From Marsupella aquatica (Eukaryota; Plantae; Marchantiophyta): 64,000 nucleotides of DNA. The stretch is from assembly GCA_973895155.1 (NCBI GenBank), contig OZ316891.1:9983875-10047874 (forward strand). The letters run 5' to 3'. Below are positions 12,144-25,820 of this stretch, in pieces. Position 1 is the stretch's first letter. Each line of letters starts with the position of its first letter. The position numbers were made by a program, and so were the translations under genes. Below the pieces are notes generated by a model. The model searched no databases and was not told where the DNA came from. It saw only the letters and a program-made list of their open reading frames with translations.

Positions 12144-15100
12144 TCACTCCTCGCCAACTCTCTTAGCTCCAGCTTCCCTCTTGCCCAACCTTGAACGTCG
12201 TTGCTTGAACATGTGCCTGTAAAGGACTAAAAATAGAAGTGGGTAAACCACGAGAAGTCCCTGTTCGTAGGAGTAAACAGTAGGAGTAAACAATATTAGA
12301 GTCGGAACTGAAAGGTCTCTTTAAATTAGAAACTAGCTGATTTCTTAATAAGGTTCAGCTTCACTGGTCCATGATCCTCACAAAACCTACACTACTATTC
12401 AAAGAATTGGAATTGACAGACAAAGGATCCCCGATTGTCTACGAAACTGCGCCACTACAATTTTCCAAATGCATCGTCTCGTCTCCCAAGGTGAAGAAAA
12501 TGGAAGAAAGACTTAATAACACTGGATTAAGTTCGCAGCGGCACCAACAGTCTGTGGCTTAGAACAAAGATCTTAGATCGGAAGAAATGCCAAGAAATGG
12601 ATCGATAGGCTAACTCCATTCATTTAAGAGGATACCACATTAAATATCAACCGGCAATGGTAGGCAATGCAAGATGGACTCACGATAATAAAGGAGGAAT
12701 AGCTAATAGGAAGATAATCAAACAGCTTGACGCTCACTTCGCCATCTTTGAGTAGATCCAAGGCTGCATACATGGAAACCACTGCAAAATACCCACGTTG
12801 ATCAACTAAATTGGAATCAAAGCTTGTCGAAAATCCATCAAAATTGCTCTCGAGAAACTAGCAAATTCCCCTACCTTCAATCCTAGATTCCTAGATCAAA
12901 TCCTGAATTCATACTCTCTCCCCCTCATTCCACAAGAGGCCGCTACAGGTCAACTCCCAGGGCCTACTACAAGTCGTGCTCAAAGGAGTAGCTCACTTAA
13001 TAATCTCATACTATGTTAGAGTACGCTTTCGATGCTGTCCATCCCAAATAGAAATTCATTCTTAGAACATATTCAAAACAAACAAAATACGAGTAAAAAT
13101 TCAAAATGAACTTACTTTCCCCGTAGATGCCAGCTGGGTATAATACAATGAACATTGTGTACCTGAGATTACAACAACACATTATCATCTCAAGAAAGGA
13201 GGTTGCAAGCTGAGGGACTGGCCCTATACACCCATCCTTGAGTTTAAAACGAAGAGAACAGTATGTAGGGTTGTCATTCGTTTTTCGATCTAAGATTCTC
13301 GACATACCAGGTCGAACTTGCTAGTCCTAAGCTGTCAAACATGAAGGTCAAATAAATCAGCTCATACTCTTCGGGTTCCAATCTTTATTGGTTTCTGACG
13401 ATAAACAATTCACCTGTCCAGATAAACTACCTTCCTGACCCATGCAGATGATTCACAGAACAGGGAGAGATTAATGAATGAAGCTGTAAAGAAAATTTGG
13501 GCTATGAAATAATAAATTGCGAGATACTGCACGAGAATGTTCACTATCGTATGCAGACCTGAAGTAAATATAGTAGTAACCCTAGCGCCGAAAATCGTAG
13601 AGAAGTTTACCTCAGCCAAGTTAACCATTTTGGGCATACTCCCAGGCCACTCAACCCATATTGTGGATACCGAACAATCTGTTGAAAGTGATCAGTTTCA
13701 ATTTAGACCCAAAGAAAAGATCTGAGCTGCAATTGAGAAATAAAACAATAGAAATAAGTGCAGGATACATGACGGATTGACCGTCATGACTCGCATCAAC
13801 CGAACCTGCAAATCAGTCTTGCCACATAAACTGAGAAAGCACTGAATATAAAATTCACACATAACAAATGCACAAAGCGGTTCCAGACCCTCACAATGAC
13901 AATGGATTTATATCCATATACCGATCCGGTCCTCTCACACAGAAATAATTATCTAAAGATCTAATGATCCCTTTTCATGTATGCATTTATAGAAGACCTT
14001 ATTCACGGAACTCCATCCTTTCAAGAAACAACAGCAGTTAAGCTCTCTGAAAAGATCTCATATATTGAAGTATATCTTGACAGAGTGTAGCAGACAGACT
14101 AGACATGTTCTTGAATAACGCAAATTAAACAATTTTCTTAGCATTCCCATTACTAAAAAGGGTTCCTGGAGAGCTGTGGTAAATTAACAGACTTTTTGGT
14201 CCAATAGGTCACATTCTGTGTGAGAGGTGAGAGGCCATTCTTGACAAACCTCTGTGGTAGCCCATGCTGCAAAAGTGACGAAGACGCTAAAATTCGTTTG
14301 CACCTAGCTTACATAAGAGATCAATGGAAGAATGTTGTTAGATTGATGATAACAGCTTCCGTGAATTTAGGTGTCTCATGATTCCAGCCTTTGCATTGAA
14401 CCTTGAATCAACACCTCAAATTCCTTCGAAAAAAGCAGGGCACAGCCATCCAATTCTTTTATTAACATAAACAGCAAATACTGAACGGCCGCAAATTTTG
14501 AGAGACAGCCATACCTTAGGCAGTCTGTCAATGATGGATAACAGGACATGGGTCCGTCCTGCCCACTGCATTAAAGCAGTCTTGGGATCACTGCGTACTA
14601 ATCCTGTCGATTACGACTGATGTGAGTTGTCATAAACTAGGTTCACACTAGATTTACCTTCAGGTAGATAAAGGACTTAGATGCGTGTTCAAGTAACTCC
14701 ACAGAAACAAACCGAAATTTAAAACGTTTGCAAAATTGATATGGGAGGACTAGCGGGGGATAGCACAATGTACCAAGCCCTGCATGCAGGACTTCTAAAA
14801 CGGCTATCACTTGCAGCTTACCTGCACAAAGCACATTCTCTAAATGAGTACTCAGGTATGCGCGACACGATTTGGAGTACACTGTGGAGAGTTAGGACTC
14901 ATTATCAAACCACTTAATTCTGACATGACCTCCCACAAAATCCGGTAAAAACATGTATACCACTTTTGGCCGGTAGATTACGGACAAGAGAATGGCGTCA
15001 TGGTAGCGGGTTCAATTTGAGTCACAAGCTACCTCTCTGCTTATTTATTTCGTTAGCTACCTCTCCTTTTGTTCATTTCGTTAGACGAGAGTTGAATACC

Positions 15101-15963
15101 GTGGAAGAAAAGTATTTTAGGAAAGTGTTCAGACAAAATCCGAACTTAAAAGTAAAACACAGTAACTGAACGGTCAGTCATAGCATCTCATTATCTACAC
15201 AAGAGCTCCAAATCTCTCTATCAACAAAGGAACCTCTTGAGATTTTAAGATCGTCTAAGAGTCTAATTTGGGAAGTCCTGCGAGTCAATGAAAACAAGAT
15301 GAGGCCATCGTAAGTTTTAACTGCAGCTTCAAAAATCCAGATGGAATAAAACCGTTTTGCAGGGGCACGTACGTACAATGCCACCGACAGCAGCATATGT
15401 CGATCGGTAGTCTTTTGTTTCAAAGAGATTCTGCAGCATTTTAAGGAAAACATAGGACCTGCACATAGTGAACTCCAAGAGGTTCAAAAACTTATCAGAG
15501 CAGACCTCGGAACCTCTTTGAGAATTTGGGTGCATGTGTTAGAGAACTCTTGAAGATGTATACTTCCAAATGAGATGCAGATTGACAGTGCAAAATGATT
15601 TTAGGAATGGGCGGTTGATCAAATGATCATCAAGGAATAACTCGCAGACCCAATAGCTGCCACAGCTGAATCAAGATTTTTCACTTTACTTCCTTTTTAA
15701 GTACACATCTACAGTGCGAGAAGCTAGCTCGAGGGCCAGAACAACAGTTTTTTCTAGCTGGACGATTTTCTTTCCGATGGACTGGGCCAGTGGACATCAC
15801 ATGGCAGCTCAGTGCTGTTCTGTTTTCTGCAATATTCTTCTCAATAGTACACAGCGAAAGGCAGAACAGGAAGACTTCTTACATACCAGCCAAGGAATTG
15901 GGCCATGTTGTAGGCCACGAGGTATGATACAGTCAAGCGATTTTCAGACGCCTTACGCGCCAT
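12144..15963 (-). CDS. Very-long-chain (3R)-3-hydroxyacyl-CoA dehydratase (PTPLA/HACD, PAS2-like family), 9 exons, 227 aa
   Basis: Exons 15963-15887, 15458-15373, 14821-14774, 14603-14515, 14303-14250, 13678-13611, 13162-13116, 12781-12684 and 12260-12144, all GT-AG, total 684 nt. Translation MARK..YLVAYNMAQFLGW..LQVIAVLEVLHAGLGLVRS..MQWAGRTH..AWATTEIVRYPQY..WLTWLRYTMFIVLYPAGIYGEM..LYRHMFKQRRSRL*. Confidence 0.93.
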
Positions 15964-16235
15964 TGAATCCTACTGTCCAAACTGTAAAGCTGGTGTACAA
16001 AGCTCTTCTACAGCGACAACTCTGCTTGCCTCTGCGAGCAACAACGCAACAGCGAGAAGAAGCTCGTCGCCCCCTTTGACCACAGCGAGTCTTGAGGCCT
16101 CACGAAACGCAGAATTCGAGATGGGCTCTCTGCATTTGTGGCTATGGGCAGTCCATGAAGTGTTGAATAATCTCCTCTGGTCGACCCGCCGTCTCGGGAA
16201 TCTTTTACAAGGAAACTCGTTTCTATGAAAGGCTA

Positions 16236-16510
16236 GGCAAAGAAATGCACCTGAGCTTAGCTTTTGTATGAGAGGGGAGTAGGCAAAGAAATGCACCTGA
16301 GCTTAGCTTTTGTATGAGAGGGAAGTAGGCAAAGAAATGCAAGTGAGGCTAGCTTTTGCATGAGAGGGGAGTAGGCAAAGAAATGTTACTGAAACTAGCT
16401 TTCATATGAGAGGGGAGTCAAATATAAATGGAAAGTGAGACAATAAAGTTATTGACTCATTGTGATGAGAGAGGAGTCAAATAAATGCAAGTGAGACAAG
16501 AAAGTTATTG
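16236..16510. repeat. 46-bp minisatellite, 4-5 copies, just upstream of the HACD gene
   Basis: Unit GGCAAAGAAATGCACCTGAGCTTAGCTTTTGTATGAGAGGGGAGTA at 16236, 16282, 16328 and 16374, decaying rightwards. Confidence 0.85.
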
Positions 16511-18423
16511 ACACATTGTGGCCATGCTGTGGTTGCCACAATGTGCTTGTTTCAACTCTTGTAGGGTATGCAGGTGTTGTGCAGGAATGAGTTGGAAAAC
16601 TTAAGTCGAACATAATGGAGGAGAGATATTTAAATACAAGTATGAGCACATGTTGTAGAATGTCCATGGGATGCAAACCTTCATAATGTGCAGGGGTTTA
16701 AAAACTACATGTATAAACAAAGTAATGCAATAAGTTTGAAGACCCCTTGGTTATGTAAGCTTGTTTTATTGAATTATATGGAGCCATGAAGAGCTGCACA
16801 TTGGAATAGATAGAGGAGAGGAAAAATATTAAATGTAAGGTTTAACATGAAGTGAATTTTAAAGGTAATTAAGACAATTTCATTGAAGACAAATAGGAAT
16901 TCATTCATGGTAAGGCTGAGGGTAATTCTCCATGCAAAATGTTTCCCTTGGTACCTCTATGTGTTTACTACATGTAACATTCCATATAGTTCATGAAAAA
17001 TATTACTTGTCCATAGTATTTCAAAGGTCTTTATTGTGCAACAATACTCAAAGGTGCATTGCACAAAAAAGTCAAGGTGAGGTAAAGAATTTGAAGTGAG
17101 GCAGAGCAGTGTTGTCAGCTGGACCGTGTCATCTATGCAATCATGTTTGTGCAAAAACATCTAGTCTGTGCAATCATGTTTGTGGTACATAAGTTTCATT
17201 GTTCTGGTTTGGTGCTTGTTGCAAAAATGTTATCACTTTAGTCAATGTTGTTGTTGGGAAAATGCTGTTGTCAAGCAGGGTGAAGGTAAAGGCACAAGGA
17301 TAAATAGTTGAAGACGGCCACAAATTTGTGGAGTCCAACTGTGGTCATGTGCCAGGAAGAAGTATTTGCATGGAGAATTACCCTCATGCAAATTTTCTCT
17401 TATATATATATAATTTAAATTTTCATCTAATAAATATTTGCTAAAAGTTTTTTTCATTCTTTTTTCATTGCAGGCAAGTGTGGGCAGGCGCAAAACAACT
17501 CTTTCAGGAGACAGGTCACATGGGAGGGGTCAATGGTTTGATATAACAATGCCAAAAAAATCATTTTTGATGATTGGTCAGGACTGGCTCCTGCTTTTGC
17601 CCCATTTTGTAAGGAGACATCCCACCTTGTTGGCCGGAGAGCTTATTATAGTGTTTGATATATACCTGCCCAACATTTTAAAAAAATATTGTTGACAGTA
17701 AATGATAGGAGAGCTTATTATAGTGTTTGAGATATATACTTGCCCAATATTTTTGCATGCAAAATATCGTTGACAGTGAATGATGTTGAGAGTACGTATT
17801 GTTGAGCACAAGTGAGGGACACATGTCCACCATCACAATGCTTGTGTGTTGCGATAGTGAGATGGCCAGACACTAAAGACATGGAGTCCACAAAGTTGGT
17901 CTGGCAAGTGAATTCTGGCAAGTGAACTTCAAGGAGTGTGCAAGCAGGGTAGAAAATGTCATGATAATTGAATGGCCATGGATTCTTCCTGCCAGAATGA
18001 CGTTTCATCATGGCCAGCAAGAGTATCGTGGCCAATGGGATGAAACTTTTAAGCTTGAATCGGTTCAAGCTACTGATTAAAAAAATTCCATATCTAGACA
18101 TCTTTACTGATGATCTTACTCACGGACTCCGAAACTTAGACTTTTCCAGGTACAGTAGACACTTCTCATCGAGATACTTTGTTTGTTAAAAGCATTAATC
18201 ACAGGAAGCGTGCATTGATAGATTCTTTTGATAACTTTCCACATAGAAGTGCATCCATTGTAGATTTCACCAGAGCTCTCGGCTGTCATATCCACCATCG
18301 AAAGTTGCAGTATTTGATTCCAGAGTACAGGAAGGATTTTTTACTATGACATAACATTAAATTATAATATACAGACAGCACTGCTTGCAGGCTTGCACAA
18401 CCGCAGTGCAACGCAAACAAACA

Positions 18424-21400
18424 TTAGGATGAATTGCTGGCTAGAGAGTTTGCGTGTTCTAGTCGAAGCTGTGCTCGCTCTTCCGGAGTTACAGATACAT
18501 TCCACTTGCTGAACTCAGATATGTCCATACCTTTGAACTTAGCAAGCTGGGCAAAATGTGCTCTTTTATCCTCTCCTGGAACTTGCCTCGTGGACTGAGT
18601 TGAGATATTGGTACTAGGGGCTTCAGCCTTGTCTGGTCGTCTGCCGTCTGGTGGTCTAATTTTTTGAGATTGTCTCGTCTTTCTACTCTGTTTTCCAGGC
18701 GACTGTTCAGCATCGACTTTCTTTTCCTGTTTCTTTGGCCTCTTCTCTAACTGTGTCGTACATTTCACTCTCGTTTGTGCGTTTAGAACAGGAGGGCGCA
18801 GATTCACAACATCTTCATTCCGATGTGAGTATTTCACACCTGTAAGAGAATCAAGAAGTATCAGAAGTTGTGCATACATGGCATGGCCTAAATAAAAATG
18901 TCACCCTGTACAGTTAACTCAGCGAGCAAGAAAGCTGGGTTACTACCTGAGGTTCTAAGGTTTGCATGAAGTAAGATAATTAATCATTGAAGAGATATAC
19001 TAACTATTGAACCGGAAATGACATCCTAGAGGTCATCTGACTATTCACCAAAGGCTCTAATATAGTGATCCAGAAACCTATCCAGAAAGTGAGAGTTGTT
19101 CCAGTTTATAACGAGACAAAAGCCTCAGATTTCCATTCTAATGTTGTTTCTTGCGACCACAAGACGAGAGTAAATGCACAACTCACCCGCTTCAAATAAA
19201 TCTTTCTGAGTCCTCCTTCTGTCCCCTTCATTACCTCCTTGATGTTGTTCCTCTGTGGCTACTTGTGGACTACCTGCACATTGTTCGAGTAGGTTACACA
19301 CAGTACTGATGACTCTGGTTGAGTCTAAACAAGTCTTCTATGTTGTAGCTAGGATACAGAATCGTTGAGGTAAAGAACTACTTAGCCTTCTCCTCAACGA
19401 CCCACTGCTCATGACTCGCAAATGATTCTTATATTGCCATTGAAAGAAATTGCACCACTACTGTTGCCGATACACGAACCGACCTTGATCATGCAATTAT
19501 AAGTAATATAATGCACACTTAACATCAAGGCCAGGATGGGTTTGAGGTACAATTACCAGTATTGTCGGTTTCGTCGCAGGTGACATAACCGGGATGGTCA
19601 GTCTCAGAGTCAGAATCTTGCGCTCCTATATTTTCAACGGGTGATGCTTCATCCAAAGCTGCCAGTTTTTGGCCTCGTATGAACCTTTCCTCATGGTTTT
19701 CAATAATTTCCTCAGCAAAGAGGTCTTCAGAGATATCACGAAAGAGATTACTCAAGCCGAATAGTTCACCCTTGTGTTGTTTTGAACCCTATATCCAATA
19801 TAATCATAGCAGGACTTAATTTTGCAGTCTAGTTTCTTCATAAGATTGTAAGTTCAAGTGCAGAATTCTTGGCTTTCACTTCAACAACGTCTACACATTC
19901 TCTCCTCCACTGCTTCACCCAGACAAAACCATTGGCGTTGAAAGGTATTTCTTGACTAGAAAACAACTACCTCAAAAGTTTCATGCATCATCTCTTACAA
20001 ATTACATAATTGATTTCCAATACCACAAGAAAAGCGAACCTGGAAAGTCAGGTGGTCAAATCATACCTGTACCCCCTCAAAATAACGCTTCTCTGTTGCA
20101 CCAGCCATAGCAATGTTGAAAAGCTGTTGTTTGTAAATTTGCCGGGTGTAAACAAGCTCCTCCAGAGTCCCCTCTGCAAGCAAGCGGAAAACTGTGACAT
20201 GTCGGTTCTGCCCGAAGCGGAACGACCGATCTTGAGCCTGAAGGTCATGAGCTGGATTCCAATTCGGATCAAAAATCACAACCCTATTGGCACTTGTAAG
20301 ATTGAGTCCCAATCCCCCTGCACGTGTTGAGATAAGAAATATCTGCTCCAAACAAAGAAGCAAAATGTGAGTTGGTTGACTGACCAAGCCGACAGGAAAT
20401 CCATCTTGTGGCATTTAATCTCCAGATGTGAGAGCGGGGGGTCAAAATAGAGAGTAGACAAACTTGACAAGTGGCATCAATGTAGCCTTCATATAGACCC
20501 CTATATCGTCGTCCTAACACCGCCCTACAGTAATCCGTGGAAGCTACGATGCAATTATCACCTGCTTACTCGGGCTGTGGTTGAAGTCCTCCACCAGAGC
20601 CTGCCGTGAATTCATGAGAATTGTTCCATCTAAGCGAGAAAAACAGTAGCCCTTACGAATCAAAAACTTTTCAAGAATATCCAGCATTCTGCAGATTGGA
20701 CAGATTTCATGTTTTATATCAGAGAGGCCCAGCCTGGCAACCAAAGGTTGAAAATGATTTGCATTTGATTCTTATAACAAACAAATTGCATTGTACCCTG
20801 GAGACAACTTACCTGACAGAGTCACTAAAGAGGAGAACTTTGTCTCCTCGTGGGATCCAGGACCCAAGAAGCCTCTCAAGTACAGCCATCTTGCCGCAAT
20901 GCTGGGAATCACTAAGGCCTAAGAAACTCTGTTCTTGCTCAATACCACCAACAACATCAGCTTCCTCTCCAAATGCCATACGTGCAAACTTGTAGTCCTT
21001 GTCTTGCTTTTCTGGATCATCTTTCGGGTTGGGCTTGATTAGCTCCAAGTGGTTGCTCAACTACCAATTAAAAAGAAAAACATATTAGCCACACTAGAAG
21101 TTAAGTCCATATTTCCTGAACATCAAAGCCAGACATAGAAAATCAAAAAACACTTCAGATACAGTTGAAGAAAAAGGATGGCGATTGATGAGGAGCCATA
21201 CCAGCTTAAGCTTGTTTAAACAAGGGAGTATCAAGCAGTATGGACAACCGTCACAGCCATTATCAAGACTGTCTTTATGCAGAGCCGGCCAAAGCACTCC
21301 ATTAGGTACAGTCCGATAGCAGCATTCTGCCCTAGTTAAAGGGCTCCCGCAGGAACAGGGCAGTCCTTTCTTCTTCAGAGCCTGGTAATCAGGGCTTTGC

Positions 21401-23344
21401 AAAACTCGTCTATATACACTCTTCTGAACAGAACTCATAGGGCAGAAGACAACGTTATCCTCTTTCCCTTTCATCAGATGCCCGATGGTCTCTGTTTTTG
21501 TCCTCCTCAAAAGATATTTCTCAAGCCGCAAAGTTAGATGTTTTTTGCGATCCTCAGCAATCGTGACAGATCTCTGTGGAGCACTGATACGTTGGCCCTC
21601 AGCTATAGGGCTTGCATAGTACTCCCTGAAATGGTCTCTGGTTCCCAGGCAGCCTGGTGTGGCCCAATCAAAGACATTAAACAATTCCATATACTTGTTC
21701 TGCATTACCGTGCCTGTTAACCCGTAACGCCTCTTTGTTGGGAGTTTCAAACACATGATGTAAAATTGAGACTTGTCATTCTTCAATCGGTGGGCCTCGT
21801 CAACTACCACACAATCCCACTGCAACTTACAAAACTCGTCACCGTAAATGCGAAATGTGTCGTGACTTGTGAGGACAATTTCCAAGTCTTTGGCAACTAC
21901 CCTTGCCAATACAGTCTCCCTTTGCAGTCCATGGCAGATTCCAACCTGAAACTCACCCCATGCATGGAACTCTTGCTCCCAATTCTGAACCACGGACGTT
22001 GGGCAGATGATGAGCGCAACCTTTTCGCACTTCTGCTTCTGGACGCCAACTTTGGCTGACATCGATGAGAGGAGTAATTCTTTCCCGTCTGAGTCCTTTC
22101 GCAGAATGGCTGCGAGAAAGGCTATGGTTTGGATCGTCTTCCCCAGTCCCCTGTTCCCAATCAAATCAACATTGTACAACAACGTCTAAGGTTAGCTTCA
22201 ACAAGTGTCCGTTGAACCCAACATATGCATAGATCAAACCAACCAGGTGACAACCTCATCGAAGAACAGGTATGAACAAGAGAATAATTTAAGCATTACT
22301 TCAAGCAATGTATACTGAGCGGATCAAGGCAATTGAGACAATGGCAAGCTAGTGAAGAACGATGAAATCAAATGGAAGTGTAAAAGAGATGCGTTTTGCA
22401 CGGCCTAGTTAAGAAGACAGCATCAAGAAAGCCTCGACATCAAGAAAGCCTCGACATCAAGAAAGCCTCGATACATGGGAACTGTAAATATTTCTGGATG
22501 TAGCATGTAAAAACCAAGTGGATGAGGACTAAATTTACATGTCATCGCCCAAAATGCCACCAATGTCCTTTCTGTACTGATTATACAGAAAGACCACACC
22601 CGGACGCTGGTGCTCAAGTAGCCGTGAATTGATTGAGGCCGGCACCTGAATGACCTCTTCTACACCATCTGAAGTACCCTCTCCGGGCGGTGGCCAAAGC
22701 TGGAGAGGTTCAAAAGGACCTTCAGGTAGGGGTGGAGTGGAAAGACCAGCTTCGCTATCCAATCCTAGCTCCTCATCCTCCCCTGGTTCGGAAGTTGGGG
22801 AGCCCTCCTCGACTTCATCAACGGAGAGAGTGAAATTTGGAGGAAAATTCTTTCTCTGGAAACTATGAGTTGACAAAAGGGATGATCCATTTCTTCTCCG
22901 CTTATTAGGTGAATGATAGCTACTTGAAGCAACGCCACTTGTCTCTATCCTGCTCTCATTCAATCTCCCAAAGTCCTCTTCAGCCCAATTGGAATGTAAG
23001 CCTGTTCCATTGGAACTCTCAAAGAACGAGCTCTTCTTTCCAGACCCATTCCCTTCCTCAAGACGTATAGTTCTCTCCAACTCAGATGGAATCGGCGGTG
23101 AGATAGTGATCCTGGATTGGGAAGGCCGCGCTTTGTTTCGGTCACGGTCAGACCCGGACGCCACCAAGGAGGCTACCTTATCTTTGAGACTCGTCTTAGG
23201 AGGCTTCCTCTCTTCTCCACCAGTTGCTGCCAATGACGATGAGCTGGGCCGAGGTTGAGAAAAGAGTGATTCGCTGTTACTGGCAGAAGAACATTTCTGC
23301 ATCGGACAGCTTTGAACATACTCCTTGAAAGCTTTGTAAGACAT
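18424..23344 (-). CDS. SWI2: SWI2/SNF2 helicase Switch2 / CHR9 (ERCC6L2/RAD26-like), 8 exons, ~1046 aa
   Basis: Exons 23344-22539, 22150-21202, 21060-20813, 20688-20562, 20342-20067, 19788-19557, 19273-19187 and 18839-18424 (3141 nt, GT-AG, frame consistent). Motifs GGILGDDMGLGKT, VVVDEAHRLKN, LTGTVMQN, LISTRAGGLGLNL, FDPNWNPAHDLQAQDRSFRFGQ, EKRYFEGVQ..KGELFG and GVKYSHRNEDVV. Confidence 0.93.
22422..22472. repeat. 17-bp tandem triplication in Switch2 intron 1
   Basis: CATCAAGAAAGCCTCGA x3. Confidence 0.85.
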
Positions 23345-24149
23345 TTTTTTATTGGTCCTCGTTCAACTCTCTCTCCTCTCCTCAAGCTCCAGAACTTCAC
23401 TTCCAAAGCGGAAGTCATGTGTTGTCCAAGGAAAAGGGAGATAGGACCATTTCCTGATGAACCCAGCAAATTGCAATTACCCTGGCAAACACGATTCGGC
23501 TTCGATAACAGGCGACGTAATCATCAGAGCCATCCCCTGTCCATCCCAATCCAGCTTCCTTTAGAGATCACCTTGTGCCATCAGAATGAATTTTTGGGGA
23601 AAACGAACTGAAAACTAGCAAGCCCTAATCCACATTCAATCAGATGCGACCTTCTTCTCCTGCTCGAGGGCCCTTTCTTCCGTCCATTTCAATCAAATCT
23701 GTTCACGTTGACAACTTCAATCCAGCTTCATTGAGAGTACCCTTCTCTTCTATTTCCCTTTTCCCTGCTACAGCGATTCGGTTCCTCTCTATCACCATCG
23801 AGTGAGGACCCATTCTGGGCCGCAATCAAAAAATGTACAGAAACATAGTCACAGAGAGTTTCAAACTTGCACAACAGCTCCAGTTGGCGGGAACTTGCTC
23901 CATTACACATCCCGAGCTTGATATAGCATGTTCATCTTGGAACATGCCTCTTTTTTTTCCATATATATAGCATGTTCATCTTGGGACATGCCTCTTTTTG
24001 ACTTGTAGTGATATGTAATTTATTTTATGATAAAAAAAGTAAATACATGTAAAGTGTCAATAAATCAATATCTGTTAATTAATTAAGAGTGAGTGACATA
24101 ACACACAAAAACATAAGATTACTAGCTCAATACCCGTGCGTTGCATAAA

Positions 24150-24325
24150 AGAAGTCATGTCGGCCAAGATGTCGTTGAGAAAAAAAGATGTCGTGTCGGC
24201 CAAGAGGTCGTTGAGAGAAAATATGTAGTGTCAGCCAAGAGGTTGTGGAGAGAAAAAGATGTTGTGTCGGCCAACAGGTCGTGGAGAGAAAAGATGTAGT
24301 GTCGGCCAAGAGGTCGTGGAGAAAA
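24150..24325. repeat. 35-36-bp minisatellite inside the Helitron (left part)
   Basis: Unit GTCGGCCAAGAGGTCGTTGAGAGAAAAGATGTAGT; the array continues after the Copia element. Confidence 0.9.
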
Positions 24326-24648
24326 TGTAGAGGTTAACTCAGTCTTGGGTTGAACCATGGTTAGTATGTTAACTGGGGTTAGAGTAAACCCTAGTTAAAG
24401 AGTTGGTCCTTATCTCTTCAACTTCTATGTGGTGTGAGAACACGCAAGAGAGTTCTCAAGAGAGAACACACTGATATAGCAAGAGATGAGAGCTTGAAGA
24501 GATGAGAGCTATGGTGATGCTTGAGTACACACATAACCGTTAATAAAGCTTTGTATTCCCGTGGACGTAGCCAACCTTGAGGCGAACCACGTAACTATTG
24601 AGCACGTGTATATTTGGAGTGTTCTTCCTGATCTGATTTCTCCCCACA
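24326..24648 (+). repeat. 5' LTR
   Basis: TGTAGAGG...CCCCACA, direct repeat of 30047-30369. Confidence 0.97.
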
Positions 24649-24650
24649 AT

Positions 24651-24662
24651 TGGTATCAGAGC
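24651..24662 (+). promoter_or_regulatory. Primer binding site complementary to initiator tRNA-Met
   Basis: TGGTATCAGAGC begins 2 nt after the 5' LTR. Confidence 0.92.
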
Positions 24663-25820
24663 TCAGATTTTTTCAGTCGATTAGGAACTCCATAGAACTT
24701 GCTTCAAGCAAAGCGAATAGCGGATGATTTCCTCTTCAAAGCGGAGCTATTGGAAGAAGATCGAACTCAATCTTCTCACAAGTGTGGAGCACACAACCAG
24801 GGGCTCATTTCAGTGAAGCAATGAAGGCCTGAGGTCAAAAACAGAAACAATTGTAAGTGACGGTTTTCAAATTACGTTATCGGGCAAGAGATAAGGTCAA
24901 TTTCTCAGATCAATCTTTTTGATTGTTCTATCGGGACTTGAAACTGAGACACGCTTGAGCGCCTCGTCTTTCTAGACGTTTCGATATCAACATCGCTGGA
25001 TTTCGTCAAACGGTTGAGAAGTAATCTTAATTTCAATTCTTGTTTTTTTGAGCTCGAAATTTTGGCTATGGCGGATAACTTAATATCAGTCACTTTCATC
25101 GAATTGTTTCTCCCTCATTACTCCACCGTTTTGCGAGTTATTTATATCAATCTTGATGCCCTCGAAGTCTAGTTTCTGAATCTGAAATCAGAATTGGATT
25201 TCGTCAAAAACTGAGACGGGAATTTGAGTGAATCCGCCGAGGGGTACTTTCTGCCGCGAGTAGTCGCGACTTCCGCGGACGCGCGAGGAGGTCGAAAACT
25301 TCGAGGAGGCCTTTCTAGGGCTCGACAGGGCTCGGGCAGGGGGAAGTGCCCCCTGTGAAGTCCCCCACAGGGGCTGTACAAGGGCGGACGGAATTTCCCG
25401 AAAAGATTCTTTTCCAGAGGCTTGAATTTTTACCGAAGGTCAAAGATTCCGAATGGCAACTAAAATCGGATCAACTTCAACTTTTGGAGAGGCGTACTTG
25501 GGGAAGCTAGGCAAGTATTGGTGCGTTCAATTCTGAAAAAGTATACTAGTGGAATCTTTGGCATAAGAGATTCCCTCGAGGGGTAATTATTTCATCTTTT
25601 ACCCCCCTTCGGTCGGAGTAAAAATTCTCGGCACTTGAGAGTCCATTTGACAAACCGTTTTCAGAATTCGGAGCGTTACCTTGTGGGCTATGCATAGGAG
25701 TGATCAGTTTCAAAATTCACCAACTTTCAATTTTGGCCTTATTTTCACACCCCACATCTGAGCATTCGACGTTTATTTCTTGTCGGAAGGCAACTCCACA
25801 CTACATTTGGCATTCCAGCG

